Part shown: piece after piece, positions 32,108 to 40,460 of the stretch
Layout: the number at the start of each line of letters is the position of its first letter
Position numbering within the stretch: position 1 is the stretch's first letter
Source: an uncultured Rhodospirillaceae bacterium
Lineage (GTDB): Bacteria > Pseudomonadota > Alphaproteobacteria > Micavibrionales > UBA2020
Direction of reading: 5' to 3'
Assembly (NCBI GenBank): GCA_964476835.1
Contig: CAYZCE010000002.1
Location: forward strand, 2,532 to 66,531
Length of the DNA stretch: 64,000 bases
The notes under the pieces: generated by a model
Seen by the model: only the letters and a program-made list of their open reading frames with translations
Database searches by the model: none
What the model was told of the DNA's origin: nothing
Made by a program: the position numbers and the translations under genes

Positions 32108-35100
32108 TTAGAAATGCGACGTCACGCGGACAATGCCCGTGTGCGCGTCGTAGTCCTGTTTGAAGGTGTAGTCATAGTTGGCGGAGACATCCCAGTTGGA
32201 GGCGGTTACGTAGGTCAACCCAGCGCCAGCGTTCATTTCGCTGCGGGCAGGCTTGGCGCCGTTCGTGCCGAAAGCAGGGCCGCCGGCGACGAACTGCGAC
32301 GTCGCGTTGATGTTATCGTCGATCGTGTCATAGGAATAACCCGCGCGCAGGGACGGCCTCAGGAACTCGCCGTCCGTGCTTTTCAGGCTCCATGCGGCGG
32401 TCGCGCCGACGCCGAGCTTGAGCGAGTTCAGGGTTTGGTCGTTCACCGTCAGGACGGGGCCAGTGCCGTGCTCCGTATAGCCGTCCGTCTTCAGGTGGAG
32501 ATAGGCGGCCGAGACGCTGGGCGTCAGGATCATGCCGGTATTGCCCGTCATGTAGTCCTTGCCAAGCGCAAGTTTGGCCGAGTACTGGTCGCTATGGTAG
32601 CCGGCATCCGCCGTCAGGTCGGGCGCGCCGACGTCGTGGCGGTAGCTTTTGATCCGGTTGTAGTTGTACCCGATCTGGGCGTTGACGAACGCGGCGTCGC
32701 AGATATCCGTGCTGCTGTAAAGGTTCGCGCCATAGCTGTCGATATCCGTGCCGGTGGTATTGGCGTTTTTCGAGTTGGCGTTGGTCTTTCCGTAGCTGAC
32801 GGAGAGGCCGAGCACGCTGCCCGGCATGATATTGCCGGAGTCGATGCCGAGGCTGGTGCCGAAGGTATCCGCGTCATAACCGGCGATCCCGTCGCGGCGA
32901 TCCTGTGTGGCCGAGCGTCCGAAACCTTGCAGCCATGTGCTCATGCCGTTCGTCAGGGTGCCTGCCGCCATGCCGCTGCCGCCGCTTTCCAGCGACGCGT
33001 AACGTCGGCGGTTGAGGTTGGTTTCAGTAATGCGCTGCACGCTTTCGTTGAAGGTGATCGCGCCCGACTCCGCCGCGCCGTTGACGCCCGGCGTGAGGGA
33101 TTCGAGGCGGTCGTTGATCTTGGCATCGGTGGTCGCGCCGTTCAGGCTCGCCAGCGCGGCATCGATCGCCGGATCGACGCCCGGACCGATCTCATAGATC
33201 GCATTGCCCGCCGCGTCGTTATTGGGCGTCGTCTTCACGGTTCTTGAAACGATATAGATATCGCTCGCATCGCCGCCCACATAGTTGCCGGCGACCTGAG
33301 TGAAGCTGTACCGGAACGTGTTATCATGATCGATGGGAACCGCCGTCGTCACGCCGAGGGCGGTGCCCGTGCCGTCGAAGACCTTGAACTTGGTGCCGTT
33401 GGGGATGTAGCCGTTACCCACGGTCACGTCGAGCTTGGATCCCGTGATGTCCGCCGGGCCTGCAACGATGACGATCTGGGACTGTGCCGGTGCTGCGATC
33501 TGCGCAGGACCGAAATCGAAGTTGAACGTCCCCGCCCCGGCCGTCATGGTATTCGCCGTCAGCGACTTTCCGTCGCCGATCTCGAGCGTGCCGTTGTTGG
33601 TCAACGCGCCCGCGGTGGTCAGGTTGGCCGCCAGCATCGCGCCGGCTTGCGACTTCACGTCGAAAGAGCCGAGGCCCGTCAGCGCGCCGTTGAACGTGAC
33701 GAAAGGCGTCGCTGCGCCGTCGCCGACGATCAGCGTGCCGCCCGTAATCGTGCCGGAGACGACCTGGTCGCCGCCGATGAACTGCAGGGTATCCGCCGCA
33801 TTCGCGGTGATGGCGTTGACGTAAAGGTTGCCCGTCGTCGTGACAAGGCCGGCAGCAGGGCCGGCGATATCAAGGCTGCCGACATGCTTGCCGTCATCGC
33901 CGATGTTGCCGTCAAACGCGGTCGTTCCGGCAAAGTCGAGGACGTGGATGGCGCCATCGCCGTCCGCTGCCGCCACGATATCGCCGTTCACGTCATGATC
34001 GGTGGCGCTCAATGTCAAGGCGCCGGTGCCGTGCAGTGTCGTGGTCTTGGCGTTGACGTCGCCGTTCACGGTCAACGTTTGTCCCGTGGCAATGTCGATG
34101 GCAGCCAAGCTCGCGCCGAGCTGGCCGGCATCGCCGTTCACCGTCGCCGTCGCGTCGACGTTCAGCACACCGGAACCGTCGGGAGAGCCGGCAATGTCGC
34201 CATCAAGCCCGCCCGCGCCGCTCAGCCTGATCTCGCCGGTGCCGAGCAAGGTCGCGGTCGTCACCGTCATCAAGCTCGGACCGATATCGATCAGCGCGCC
34301 CGTATGGACGATGATGTCGCCGACCGTCAGGGGTGCAAGAGGCGCCAGTGTCTTGCCTGTCTCGACGCTCCATGTGAGCGTACCGCCCGTCGCCGTGACG
34401 TTGTTGCTGTTAATATAATTACCTGAAACGCTCAGGATGTTGTCACCCGCGCCCAGGTCGGCTGCGCCGATGAAAGCGCCGCCGTCCAGCGCCAGCCTGT
34501 CCGCACCCGCGCCGGTGGTGATGTCGCCCGTCAGCGTGCCATCCGCCAGCACGATGGTGCTGTTGCCGCTGCCGGCCAGAAGAATGTCGCCATCAATCGT
34601 GCCTGCGTTGGTCAGCGTCACCGTCTGGTTGCCGGATTCGTGGATCTGCCCGGTGATGGTGCCGCCTGCGGCGTTCGTCAGCGATCCATTCGCGCCGAAG
34701 TTGACCGCGACGCCGAGGCCCGCGCCCGTGCCGTTCGCGACGATCGTGCCGGCGTTGGTGATGACGCCGGTCTGTGCAGCGGATATTTGCAGCGCGACGG
34801 CGCTGTTGTTCGCCGCCGTATTGGCGATCTTGGCCGCCGCCAGCGTCACGTCGCCGTTATCGGCGCCGAAGACGAAGGTGCCCTGCCCCGCCGTGACGTT
34901 CGCCGAGGTCACGCTGCCGGTGCCGGTCAGCGAAGCCAGCGCGTTCGCGCTCATGATATTGATGCCGATCGACGTCTGGCCATCGATGGTGTCGTTGTTG
35001 ACCAGGATGGTGCCCGTGCCGTCGAGGTCGATCCCGTTTCCTGCCACGCCGGCCGCGCCGGGCGTGCCGCCGCCGGTGCCCGCTGCGCCGCCCGCGCCGC

Positions 35101-35512
35101 CCTTCACCGTCATGCCGCCGTTGAGGGTGACCGTGTCGTTGGAACCTGTCACGAGAATGCCGGATCCGCCGGCGCCGCCGTTGCTGTTATCCGGCGCGCC
35201 CGTATTGGGACCACCCGCGCCGCCCTTGCCGCCGGTCACATTTCCGCTGGCCGTGAAACTGCTGTTCGCTCCGCTGACGAGGGCACCGACACCGCCTGCG
35301 CCGCCGTCGCCGCCGCCGTTATTGGCGCCGCCGGCACCGCCCGCGCCGCCCGTAAACGCGCCACCGGAAACGCTGTTGCCGTCCGTGACGCTAATGCCGG
35401 GACCGCCCACGCCGCCATCTGTCGACTGCGCGTGCCCTGCGGAAATGCCGCAGGCCATGACAGCCATAAATGCAGTGCTCGTCAGTAGTGCTTTTTTCAG
35501 CTTGATGCTCAT
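32108..35512 (-). CDS. Autotransporter (type Va) outer-membrane protein with a Gly-rich beta-helical passenger
   Basis: 1134 aa. It has a signal peptide (MSIKLKKALLTSTAFMAVMACGISAGHA), a long G/T/A/N-rich passenger with GGAGG runs, and a C-terminal autotransporter barrel ending ...RVTSHF. Confidence 0.9.
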   Translation of the reverse strand: MSIKLKKALLTSTAFMAVMACGISAGHAQSTDGGVGGPGISVTDGNSVSGGAFTGGAGGAGGANNGGGDGGAGGVGALVSGANSSFTASGNVTGGKGGAGGPNTGAPDNSNGGAGGSGILVTGSNDTVTLNGGMTVKGGAGGAAGTGGGTPGAAGVAGNGIDLDGTGTILVNNDTIDGQTSIGINIMSANALASLTGTGSVTSANVTAGQGTFVFGADNGDVTLAAAKIANTAANNSAVALQISAAQTGVITNAGTIVANGTGAGLGVAVNFGANGSLTNAAGGTITGQIHESGNQTVTLTNAGTIDGDILLAGSGNSTIVLADGTLTGDITTGAGADRLALDGGAFIGAADLGAGDNILSVSGNYINSNNVTATGGTLTWSVETGKTLAPLAPLTVGDIIVHTGALIDIGPSLMTVTTATLLGTGEIRLSGAGGLDGDIAGSPDGSGVLNVDATATVNGDAGQLGASLAAIDIATGQTLTVNGDVNAKTTTLHGTGALTLSATDHDVNGDIVAAADGDGAIHVLDFAGTTAFDGNIGDDGKHVGSLDIAGPAAGLVTTTGNLYVNAITANAADTLQFIGGDQVVSGTITGGTLIVGDGAATPFVTFNGALTGLGSFDVKSQAGAMLAANLTTAGALTNNGTLEIGDGKSLTANTMTAGAGTFNFDFGPAQIAAPAQSQIVIVAGPADITGSKLDVTVGNGYIPNGTKFKVFDGTGTALGVTTAVPIDHDNTFRYSFTQVAGNYVGGDASDIYIVSRTVKTTPNNDAAGNAIYEIGPGVDPAIDAALASLNGATTDAKINDRLESLTPGVNGAAESGAITFNESVQRITETNLNRRRYASLESGGSGMAAGTLTNGMSTWLQGFGRSATQDRRDGIAGYDADTFGTSLGIDSGNIMPGSVLGLSVSYGKTNANSKNANTTGTDIDSYGANLYSSTDICDAAFVNAQIGYNYNRIKSYRHDVGAPDLTADAGYHSDQYSAKLALGKDYMTGNTGMILTPSVSAAYLHLKTDGYTEHGTGPVLTVNDQTLNSLKLGVGATAAWSLKSTDGEFLRPSLRAGYSYDTIDDNINATSQFVAGGPAFGTNGAKPARSEMNAGAGLTYVTASNWDVSANYDYTFKQDYDAHTGIVRVTSHF

Positions 35513-35715
35513 CGATCGTCTCCATTGCAGGGGTTAAAAATCCGAATGCCGGAACTCCGTGTCTGGGCTGTCAACGAACAGGTCTGCTTTTAGTTCTAAA
35601 GAATTTTAAATTAATGACATTGTTTAACAGAACATGAGAAGGCAACGTTATCAGCCCGCAGCCGATTTTATCGCCCGTATCGTCACTACAGTGCGGTGCG
35701 TAAATGCGCTCCGCA

Positions 35716-35740
35716 GGAACCAACCACTCTGCCGGACGTT
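35716..35740 (+). promoter_or_regulatory. EcfG-type (alphaproteobacterial general stress response) promoter motif GGAAC-N16-CGTT
   Basis: This is an exact match: GGAAC at 35716-20, a 16-nt spacer, then CGTT at 35737-40. It lies 48 nt upstream of the ATG at 35788. Confidence 0.55.
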
Positions 35741-35787
35741 TGGCTCACGAGACCAGAACACTAAAACCCCCAACAGAGGAAATGATC

Positions 35788-35979
35788 ATGACCACGCAAG
35801 AACCGACCAATACCCCGGCACAACAGCCGAACCCGACGACCAATACGCCCCCTGCCCAGAAGGTCGATCCTTCCAAGCAGCCGAATGACCCGATGAACAA
35901 AGACAAGTTCGGCAAGCCTGACGAGAAAAAAGACGGCACGGCGTGCAGCACCGACAAGAAATCGTGCGACACGAAATAA
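35788..35979 (+). CDS. Small hydrophilic, probably disordered protein (stress-regulon candidate)
   Basis: 63 aa: MTTQEPTNTPAQQPNPTTNTPPAQKVDPSKQPNDP...CSTDKKSCDTK. An AGAGGA SD lies 7 nt upstream. It has an EcfG-type promoter upstream and a strong terminator downstream. Confidence 0.55.
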   Translation: MTTQEPTNTPAQQPNPTTNTPPAQKVDPSKQPNDPMNKDKFGKPDEKKDGTACSTDKKSCDTK

Positions 35980-35993
35980 CCACCGCCTCAGAG

Positions 35994-36027
35994 AAAAAAC
36001 GGACCCGCATGCGGGTCCGTTTTTTTA
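35994..36027. terminator. Bidirectional rho-independent terminator
   Basis: AAAAAA is followed by the stem ACGGACCCGC (35999-36008), loop AT, GCGGGTCCGT (36011-20) and then TTTTTT. It serves the convergent genes on both sides. Confidence 0.85.
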
Positions 36028-36046
36028 TCGCCGTGCCGAACAGCGC

Positions 36047-36352
36047 TCAAGACGACCGACGGCCCAACAGGTAGCTCGCCAGCAGGCCGGCCGTAAAGGC
36101 GATAGCGACACTTTGCGCGGGCTTCACCCGGATGTACTTGTCAACGCGTGCGAGGGCGTCTTTGCCGGACGACGTCGCATCGTCGAAACGGTCATGCATA
36201 TAATCGGCGGCGGCATGCGCCTTGCCGGCGGACATCGCGCCGATATCGTGCGCCAGATCGGCGATGCCTTCCCGGATGTCATGGGCGGCGGGCCCCGACC
36301 TTGAATTGTGCAATTTGCCGTCGGCGTTCTTGACGTCTTCGTGATGCGACAT
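36047..36352 (-). CDS. DUF883 (ElaB/YqjD-like) tail-anchored stress protein
   Basis: The start is at MSHHEDVKN (M16 of the ORF) with a GGAGAA SD. It has a C-terminal TM anchor preceded by P.QSVAIAFTAGLLASYLLGRR, typical of DUF883. Confidence 0.8.
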   Translation of the reverse strand: MSHHEDVKNADGKLHNSRSGPAAHDIREGIADLAHDIGAMSAGKAHAAADYMHDRFDDATSSGKDALARVDKYIRVKPAQSVAIAFTAGLLASYLLGRRSS

Positions 36353-36388
36353 TTTATTTTCTCCTGTGAGATGTTTCTGTGCCTGACC

Positions 36389-36413
36389 AATGAACAACAG
36401 GAGAAATGGTTCC
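36389..36413 (-). promoter_or_regulatory. Weak EcfG-like motif GGAAC-N16-CATT upstream of the DUF883 gene
   Basis: On the minus strand, GGAAC (36413-36409) is followed by 16 nt and then CATT (36392-36389). The -10 deviates from CGTT. Confidence 0.25.
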
Positions 36414-36425
36414 TTCCGTGCGGGA

Positions 36426-37160
36426 TCAGCCCGCCGACCGTGGCTCGCCTGCGAAGAGGTAGCCGACGCCGCGCACCGTCTTGAGAAGGACAGGGTTGCG
36501 CGGATCGTCGTTGATCTTTTTACGGATGCGGCCGATCTGGATGTCGATGGCGCGGTCGAACGCCTCGAAGTCGGTCTGGCGGGTCAGTTCGAACAGTCGC
36601 TCGCGGCTCAAGACCCGATTGGGAGAAAGAACCAATGCTTCCAGCAGCTTGAACTCGCCGCTGGTCAGGTCGGCGGTCTTTCCGTTCTCGTCGAACAGCT
36701 GGTACTGCAGGCGGTCAAGAACCCATCCGTTGAAACAGAGGCGCTTCGACTTGGCAAAGGCATCGGCGCCGTCCTTCGCCGACATATCGTCGCGCGCGCC
36801 ACGGCGAAGCACGGAGCGGATGCGCGCCGACAGCTCGCGCAATTCAAAAGGTTTGGCCAGATAGTCGTCGGCGCCCATCTCAAGGCCGATGATTCTGTCG
36901 ACAGGCTCGCCCTTGCCGCTGATGACGATGACGGCGGCGCGGCTCCTGCTGCGGATCATCGACAGCAGCGTCAGCCCGCTGTCTTCCGGCAGGTTGAGGT
37001 CGAGAAGGATGATGTCTGGATGCATATTGTCGAGGTTTTGCAGCAGTTCCTTGCCATTGACGGCGGACAGGAACCGATACCCTTCCTGCTCCAGGTAATG
37101 GCGCAGGACGGCTTGCAGGTTTACGTCATCGTCGACGGCTAAAACAATGGCTTTATACAA
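36426..37160 (-). CDS. OmpR-family response regulator (receiver + winged-helix)
   Basis: 244 aa. The receiver has VLAVDDD..., DIILLDLNLP and KPF. The C-terminal trans_reg_C has LT..EF.LL..L and RVLSRE.L. It ends with VRGVGY. Confidence 0.9.
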   Translation of the reverse strand: MYKAIVLAVDDDVNLQAVLRHYLEQEGYRFLSAVNGKELLQNLDNMHPDIILLDLNLPEDSGLTLLSMIRSRSRAAVIVISGKGEPVDRIIGLEMGADDYLAKPFELRELSARIRSVLRRGARDDMSAKDGADAFAKSKRLCFNGWVLDRLQYQLFDENGKTADLTSGEFKLLEALVLSPNRVLSRERLFELTRQTDFEAFDRAIDIQIGRIRKKINDDPRNPVLLKTVRGVGYLFAGEPRSAG

Positions 37161-37315
37161 ACGCGCACCTCATGAAGTGCCAAATCGGTTCAACACTATG
37201 ATCTTTGCGACACAAATGAAACAAATCTTTTCCATTTCGATACGCGCCTCACAACGCGGCGCGACATGAAGGGCCTAGAGTCAAAGGATGAGGACAATCC
37301 GCCGGAATTTCCGTC

Positions 37316-37834
37316 ATGTTTGAAAAAGAAGAACTCATTGGCGAAATGGGAAAATTGCGCAGCTTTGCCCTGCGCCTGACCAAGAACCCGCAGAATGCAG
37401 AAGACCTCCTGCAATCGACGCTTCTGCGCGCGCTCGAAAAGAGCGATCATTTCCAGAACGGCACGAACCTTTTCAGCTGGACGTCGAAACTGATGTTCAA
37501 CATCTTCGTCTCCGGCTATCGCCAAAGAAAAAAATTCGAGACGCAGTACGATCCCGCGCCCTATATCGACCGGCTGTCGGTACTGCCGTCGCAGGAGGCC
37601 TGCGTCGACCTTGCCACCGTGCGGGAGGGCATGAAACGCCTCACCGACGAGCACCGCGAGATCCTGGTGATCATCTGCATCAACGGCATGAGCTACGAAG
37701 AAGCCTCGAAAAAACTGAGTATCCCGATCGGCACAATCCGCTCCCGCCTGTCGCGCGCGCGCGACCAATTGCAAGACGTCCTCTCGCCGCGTCCGGCGGC
37801 GCGCGCCGCGACCGCCTGCCATCTCGGATCGTAA
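37316..37834 (+). CDS. ECF (group IV) sigma-70 family sigma factor
   Basis: 172 aa. Region 2 is AEDLLQSTLLRALEK...F.....LFSWTSKLMFNIF. Region 4 is L..EHREILVIICINGMSYEEASKKLSIPIGTIRSRLSRAR. Confidence 0.85.
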   Translation: MFEKEELIGEMGKLRSFALRLTKNPQNAEDLLQSTLLRALEKSDHFQNGTNLFSWTSKLMFNIFVSGYRQRKKFETQYDPAPYIDRLSVLPSQEACVDLATVREGMKRLTDEHREILVIICINGMSYEEASKKLSIPIGTIRSRLSRARDQLQDVLSPRPAARAATACHLGS

Positions 37835-37840
37835 GCACGC

Positions 37841-39592
37841 TTAGGCTGCTCCCTTTCCGTCGAGACATTCGGCCATTTTCATCTTGAGATCGAGCTCGAC
37901 AAGCGGCTTCGGAAGGTAGGTGTCCATACCGGCCTCGATGCACTTCTCCTTGTCGCCCAGCAGCGCGTGCGCCGTCATGCCGATGATGGGGGTATGCTTG
38001 CGGTTGCCGTCCCTCTCCATGCGGCGGATCTCGGCGGTGGCGGTGAAGCCGTCCATCTCCGGCATTTGCACGTCCATCAGGATCAGGTCGTAGTCCTTGT
38101 CGCGCCACATGCCGATCGCCTCCAGCCCTGTATGCGCCACATCATAGTTGCATTGCAGTGTCTCGAGGAGATAGCTGAGGATGACAACGTTTCCTTCGTA
38201 GTCTTCCACCATCAGGATGTTTTTTTGCCGCAGCGACTGCCAGCGGCGGTTGTCGTCCAGCGCCGTTTGCAGGCCGCTGCTCGTGTCGTCGTCATCCTGC
38301 ACATCGGCCGTCCGCAAGGGCAGCTCCAGCGTGAAAACGGAGCCGATGCCCGGCGCGCTTGTCACCGTGATGTCGCCGCCCATCAGCCGCGCCAGGCGCG
38401 ACGAGATCGGCAGGCCCAATCCGGAACCGCCGTATTTGCGCGACACGGAGGAATCCGCCTGCTTGAACCGCTCGAACACGGCGCCGAGGTGCTGCGCGTC
38501 GATGCCGATCCCGGTATCCTTGACCTCGACGCGCAGGAAGTCGTTGCCGTCCCGCATGACCTTGGTGGCCGTCACGGTCACGCTGCCCTTGTCGGTAAAC
38601 TTGATCGCGTTGCCGATGAGGTTGAGCAGGATCTGGCGGAAACGCGCGCGGTCGCCGCGTATCTTTTGCTTGCGCACGGCGCTGTAATCGAAGAGGAATC
38701 TGAAGCTCTTTTCGCCAACCTTCAGCGAGACGATGCTGATGACCTGATCGAAGACGCCTTGCAGGCTGAAGGTCTTTTCCTCAAGGTCCAACTCGACCTC
38801 GCCGCTCTCGATCCGCGAGAAGTCGAGGATGTCGCTGACGAGGTCCTTCAGCGACGAGGTGCTGGAGATCAGGACGCTGACCAGTTGCTTCTGCCGGTCA
38901 TCCAGGTTATCCCGCGCGTTGTCGAAAATCTCGGCGATGCCGCTGATGGCCGTCAACGGCGTGCGGATTTCATGGTTCATGTGGGCCAGGAAGTCGGTCT
39001 TGGCCCGGTTGGCGTTTTCCGCGTATTCCTTGGCTTTTTCGAGCTGCTCTTCATAGGCCTTGACCGCCGTGATATCCGTATGCGCACCCACGATGCGCAC
39101 CGGCTTGCCGTCGCCGTCATAAAGCGCTCGGCCGCGCGCCTCGATCCAGACCCAGCTGGCATCGTGGTGGCGCATGCGAAAGACGATGTTGTATTCGGAA
39201 ACCGCGTCGTTCAGGTATTTCTCGATATAGTCTTCCACCCGCCCCAGGTCTTCCGGGTGCAAAAGGTTCTTGGAAGATTGGATCGTGTCGGGAAACGTGC
39301 CGGCTGGATAGCCGAGGATGGCCCAATACCGCTGCGAATAGAAGGCCGTGTCCTGCGCAAGGTTCCACGCGAAAATCCCGTCGCTGGCGATTTCGCTGGC
39401 CAGCCGGAAGATCTCCTGTATCGCGTCAGACCTCCGCCGCGCCAGCAAGGCGCGAAAGAGGATGACATTGAGCCCAAGGGCGAAGACGGCGCAAAAGAGG
39501 ACAAGGGACAAAAACTGCACTCCTGAAAGCCCGACCGCAGCCGCGGCAGCCGTGCACTCCCGGTATAACACGGACCGCGGCGCGTGATGCAT
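37841..39592 (-). CDS. Hybrid sensor histidine kinase (TM, PAS, HisKA, HATPase_c, receiver)
   Basis: It has the H-box NHEIRTPLTAISG, the boxes NLIGNAIKFT and GSGLGLPIS, and a C-terminal receiver (ILMVEDYEGN...DLILMDVQMP). The start is placed at MHHAPRS (CAT 39590-92). The longest ORF extends to 39664. Confidence 0.85.
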   Translation of the reverse strand: MHHAPRSVLYRECTAAAAAVGLSGVQFLSLVLFCAVFALGLNVILFRALLARRRSDAIQEIFRLASEIASDGIFAWNLAQDTAFYSQRYWAILGYPAGTFPDTIQSSKNLLHPEDLGRVEDYIEKYLNDAVSEYNIVFRMRHHDASWVWIEARGRALYDGDGKPVRIVGAHTDITAVKAYEEQLEKAKEYAENANRAKTDFLAHMNHEIRTPLTAISGIAEIFDNARDNLDDRQKQLVSVLISSTSSLKDLVSDILDFSRIESGEVELDLEEKTFSLQGVFDQVISIVSLKVGEKSFRFLFDYSAVRKQKIRGDRARFRQILLNLIGNAIKFTDKGSVTVTATKVMRDGNDFLRVEVKDTGIGIDAQHLGAVFERFKQADSSVSRKYGGSGLGLPISSRLARLMGGDITVTSAPGIGSVFTLELPLRTADVQDDDDTSSGLQTALDDNRRWQSLRQKNILMVEDYEGNVVILSYLLETLQCNYDVAHTGLEAIGMWRDKDYDLILMDVQMPEMDGFTATAEIRRMERDGNRKHTPIIGMTAHALLGDKEKCIEAGMDTYLPKPLVELDLKMKMAECLDGKGAA

Positions 39593-39610
39593 GTTAAATG
39601 CGCGGGACGC

Positions 39611-39636
39611 AGGAACTGAAGAAAGGTTTGATGTGT
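39611..39636 (+). promoter_or_regulatory. EcfG-like promoter motif GGAAC-N17-TGTT
   Basis: GGAAC lies at 39611-15 and TGTT at 39633-36. The motif is 27 nt upstream of the ATG at 39663. The -10 has T instead of C at its first position. Confidence 0.35.
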
Positions 39637-39662
39637 TCAGTTGATACAAACACAGGACCAGC

Positions 39663-39860
39663 ATGCAAGTATCGCCGATTACGGAGCTAGACGTTCAGGC
39701 TCTTGTCGACTCCCAATTGAACTGGGAAGAGCAAAAGCGCGTCTCGCAGGGTATCCGCCGCAGTCTTGCGCTGACAGCCTATTACACGCGGATCGTCGCA
39801 CAGAAGAAGCTTCTCCTCCTCTGGTGGCAAAACGAGCCTGGAAATGGACGTCCGTCCTGA
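39663..39860 (+). CDS. Small protein with an anti-sigma-factor-like N-terminal motif
   Basis: 65 aa. ITELDVQALVDSQLNWEEQKRV resembles the helix-1 signature of many ECF anti-sigma factors (I.E.DL.AYVDG.L...E...V). AGGA lies 6 nt upstream. A 13-bp hairpin follows at about 39873-39905. Confidence 0.4.
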   Translation: MQVSPITELDVQALVDSQLNWEEQKRVSQGIRRSLALTAYYTRIVAQKKLLLLWWQNEPGNGRPS

Positions 39861-40019
39861 CTCAGCATGAAAAGGCCGGGGTAGCCAGTCTCCCGGCTAC
39901 CCCGGCCCCTCTCTGGAGAGACCCAAACAATATGCTGCATTTAATGAACGAAGCAGATATTGGTTCCAAAAAAATCCATGCCATAACGCCTCCGACGATA
40001 AAAATGAACTCCCGCCGAA

Positions 40020-40044
40020 GGAACGCGTTGCCGCGGCCGCTGTT
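40020..40044 (+). promoter_or_regulatory. EcfG-like promoter motif GGAAC-N16-TGTT upstream of csbD
   Basis: GGAAC lies at 40020-24 and TGTT at 40041-44. The motif is 40 nt upstream of the ATG at 40084. Confidence 0.4.
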
Positions 40045-40083
40045 TGTAGGCAACGCACCTCGCGTCAACCAGGGAGAACGGAC

Positions 40084-40260
40084 ATGGATAAAGACTGCAT
40101 AAAAGGCACCGCAAAACAGGCCAAAGGCGTCGTCAAGGACGCTGCCGGGAAAATCATCGGCGACGTGAAAATGCAAGCCGACGGCAAGATGGATAAGGCG
40201 GCCGGCGCGGCGCAAAACGCCATCGGCCGCATGAAGGACGAGGCAAAGAAGAAGAAATAG
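40084..40260 (+). CDS. csbD: CsbD-family general stress protein
   Basis: This ORF is not in the supplied track because it is under 60 aa. My own translation is MDKDCIKGTAKQAKGVVKDAAGKIIGDVKMQADGKMDKAAGAAQNAIGRMKDEAKKKK, which matches the CsbD pattern. A GGGAGA SD lies upstream. Confidence 0.8.
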   Translation: MDKDCIKGTAKQAKGVVKDAAGKIIGDVKMQADGKMDKAAGAAQNAIGRMKDEAKKKK

Positions 40261-40460
40261 CTTCTTTTGCAGCCGCCCGCGACGGCTCTCTTTCAGGGAA
40301 ACGCCGCGGGCGACGCCGCGCCCGACCGTCAAAACAAGGCTGGCGCGGCATCAGGAACTCGTGCAGAATAAACATGAAATCAAGTTTGCGGCAAAAAAAT
40401 CGAAACGGCATGAGTGACGCTAATTGCCCTCAGAGCACAAACCGCAAGTAGAAAGCACGC

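Noticed and set aside
36426-37834. Whether the response regulator, sigma and small ORF constitute the canonical PhyR-NepR-EcfG module.
   Set aside because: The regulator has an OmpR winged-helix output rather than a sigma-like domain, so it is not PhyR. The 65-aa ORF lacks the NepR signature. The sigma gene has no GGAAC..CGTT autoregulatory motif. Only the target-type promoters nearby are GSR-like.
39862-39984. 40-aa minus-strand ORF (MAWIFLEPISASFIKCSILFGSLQRGAGVAGRLATPAFSC) with a GGAGG 4 nt upstream. I considered it as a possible type I toxin-like peptide.
   Set aside because: Its 3' third is simply the complement of the 13-bp hairpin at ~39873-39905. The SD spacing is short, no promoter was seen, and there is no clear TM helix. 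It is more likely a chance ORF in an intergenic region.
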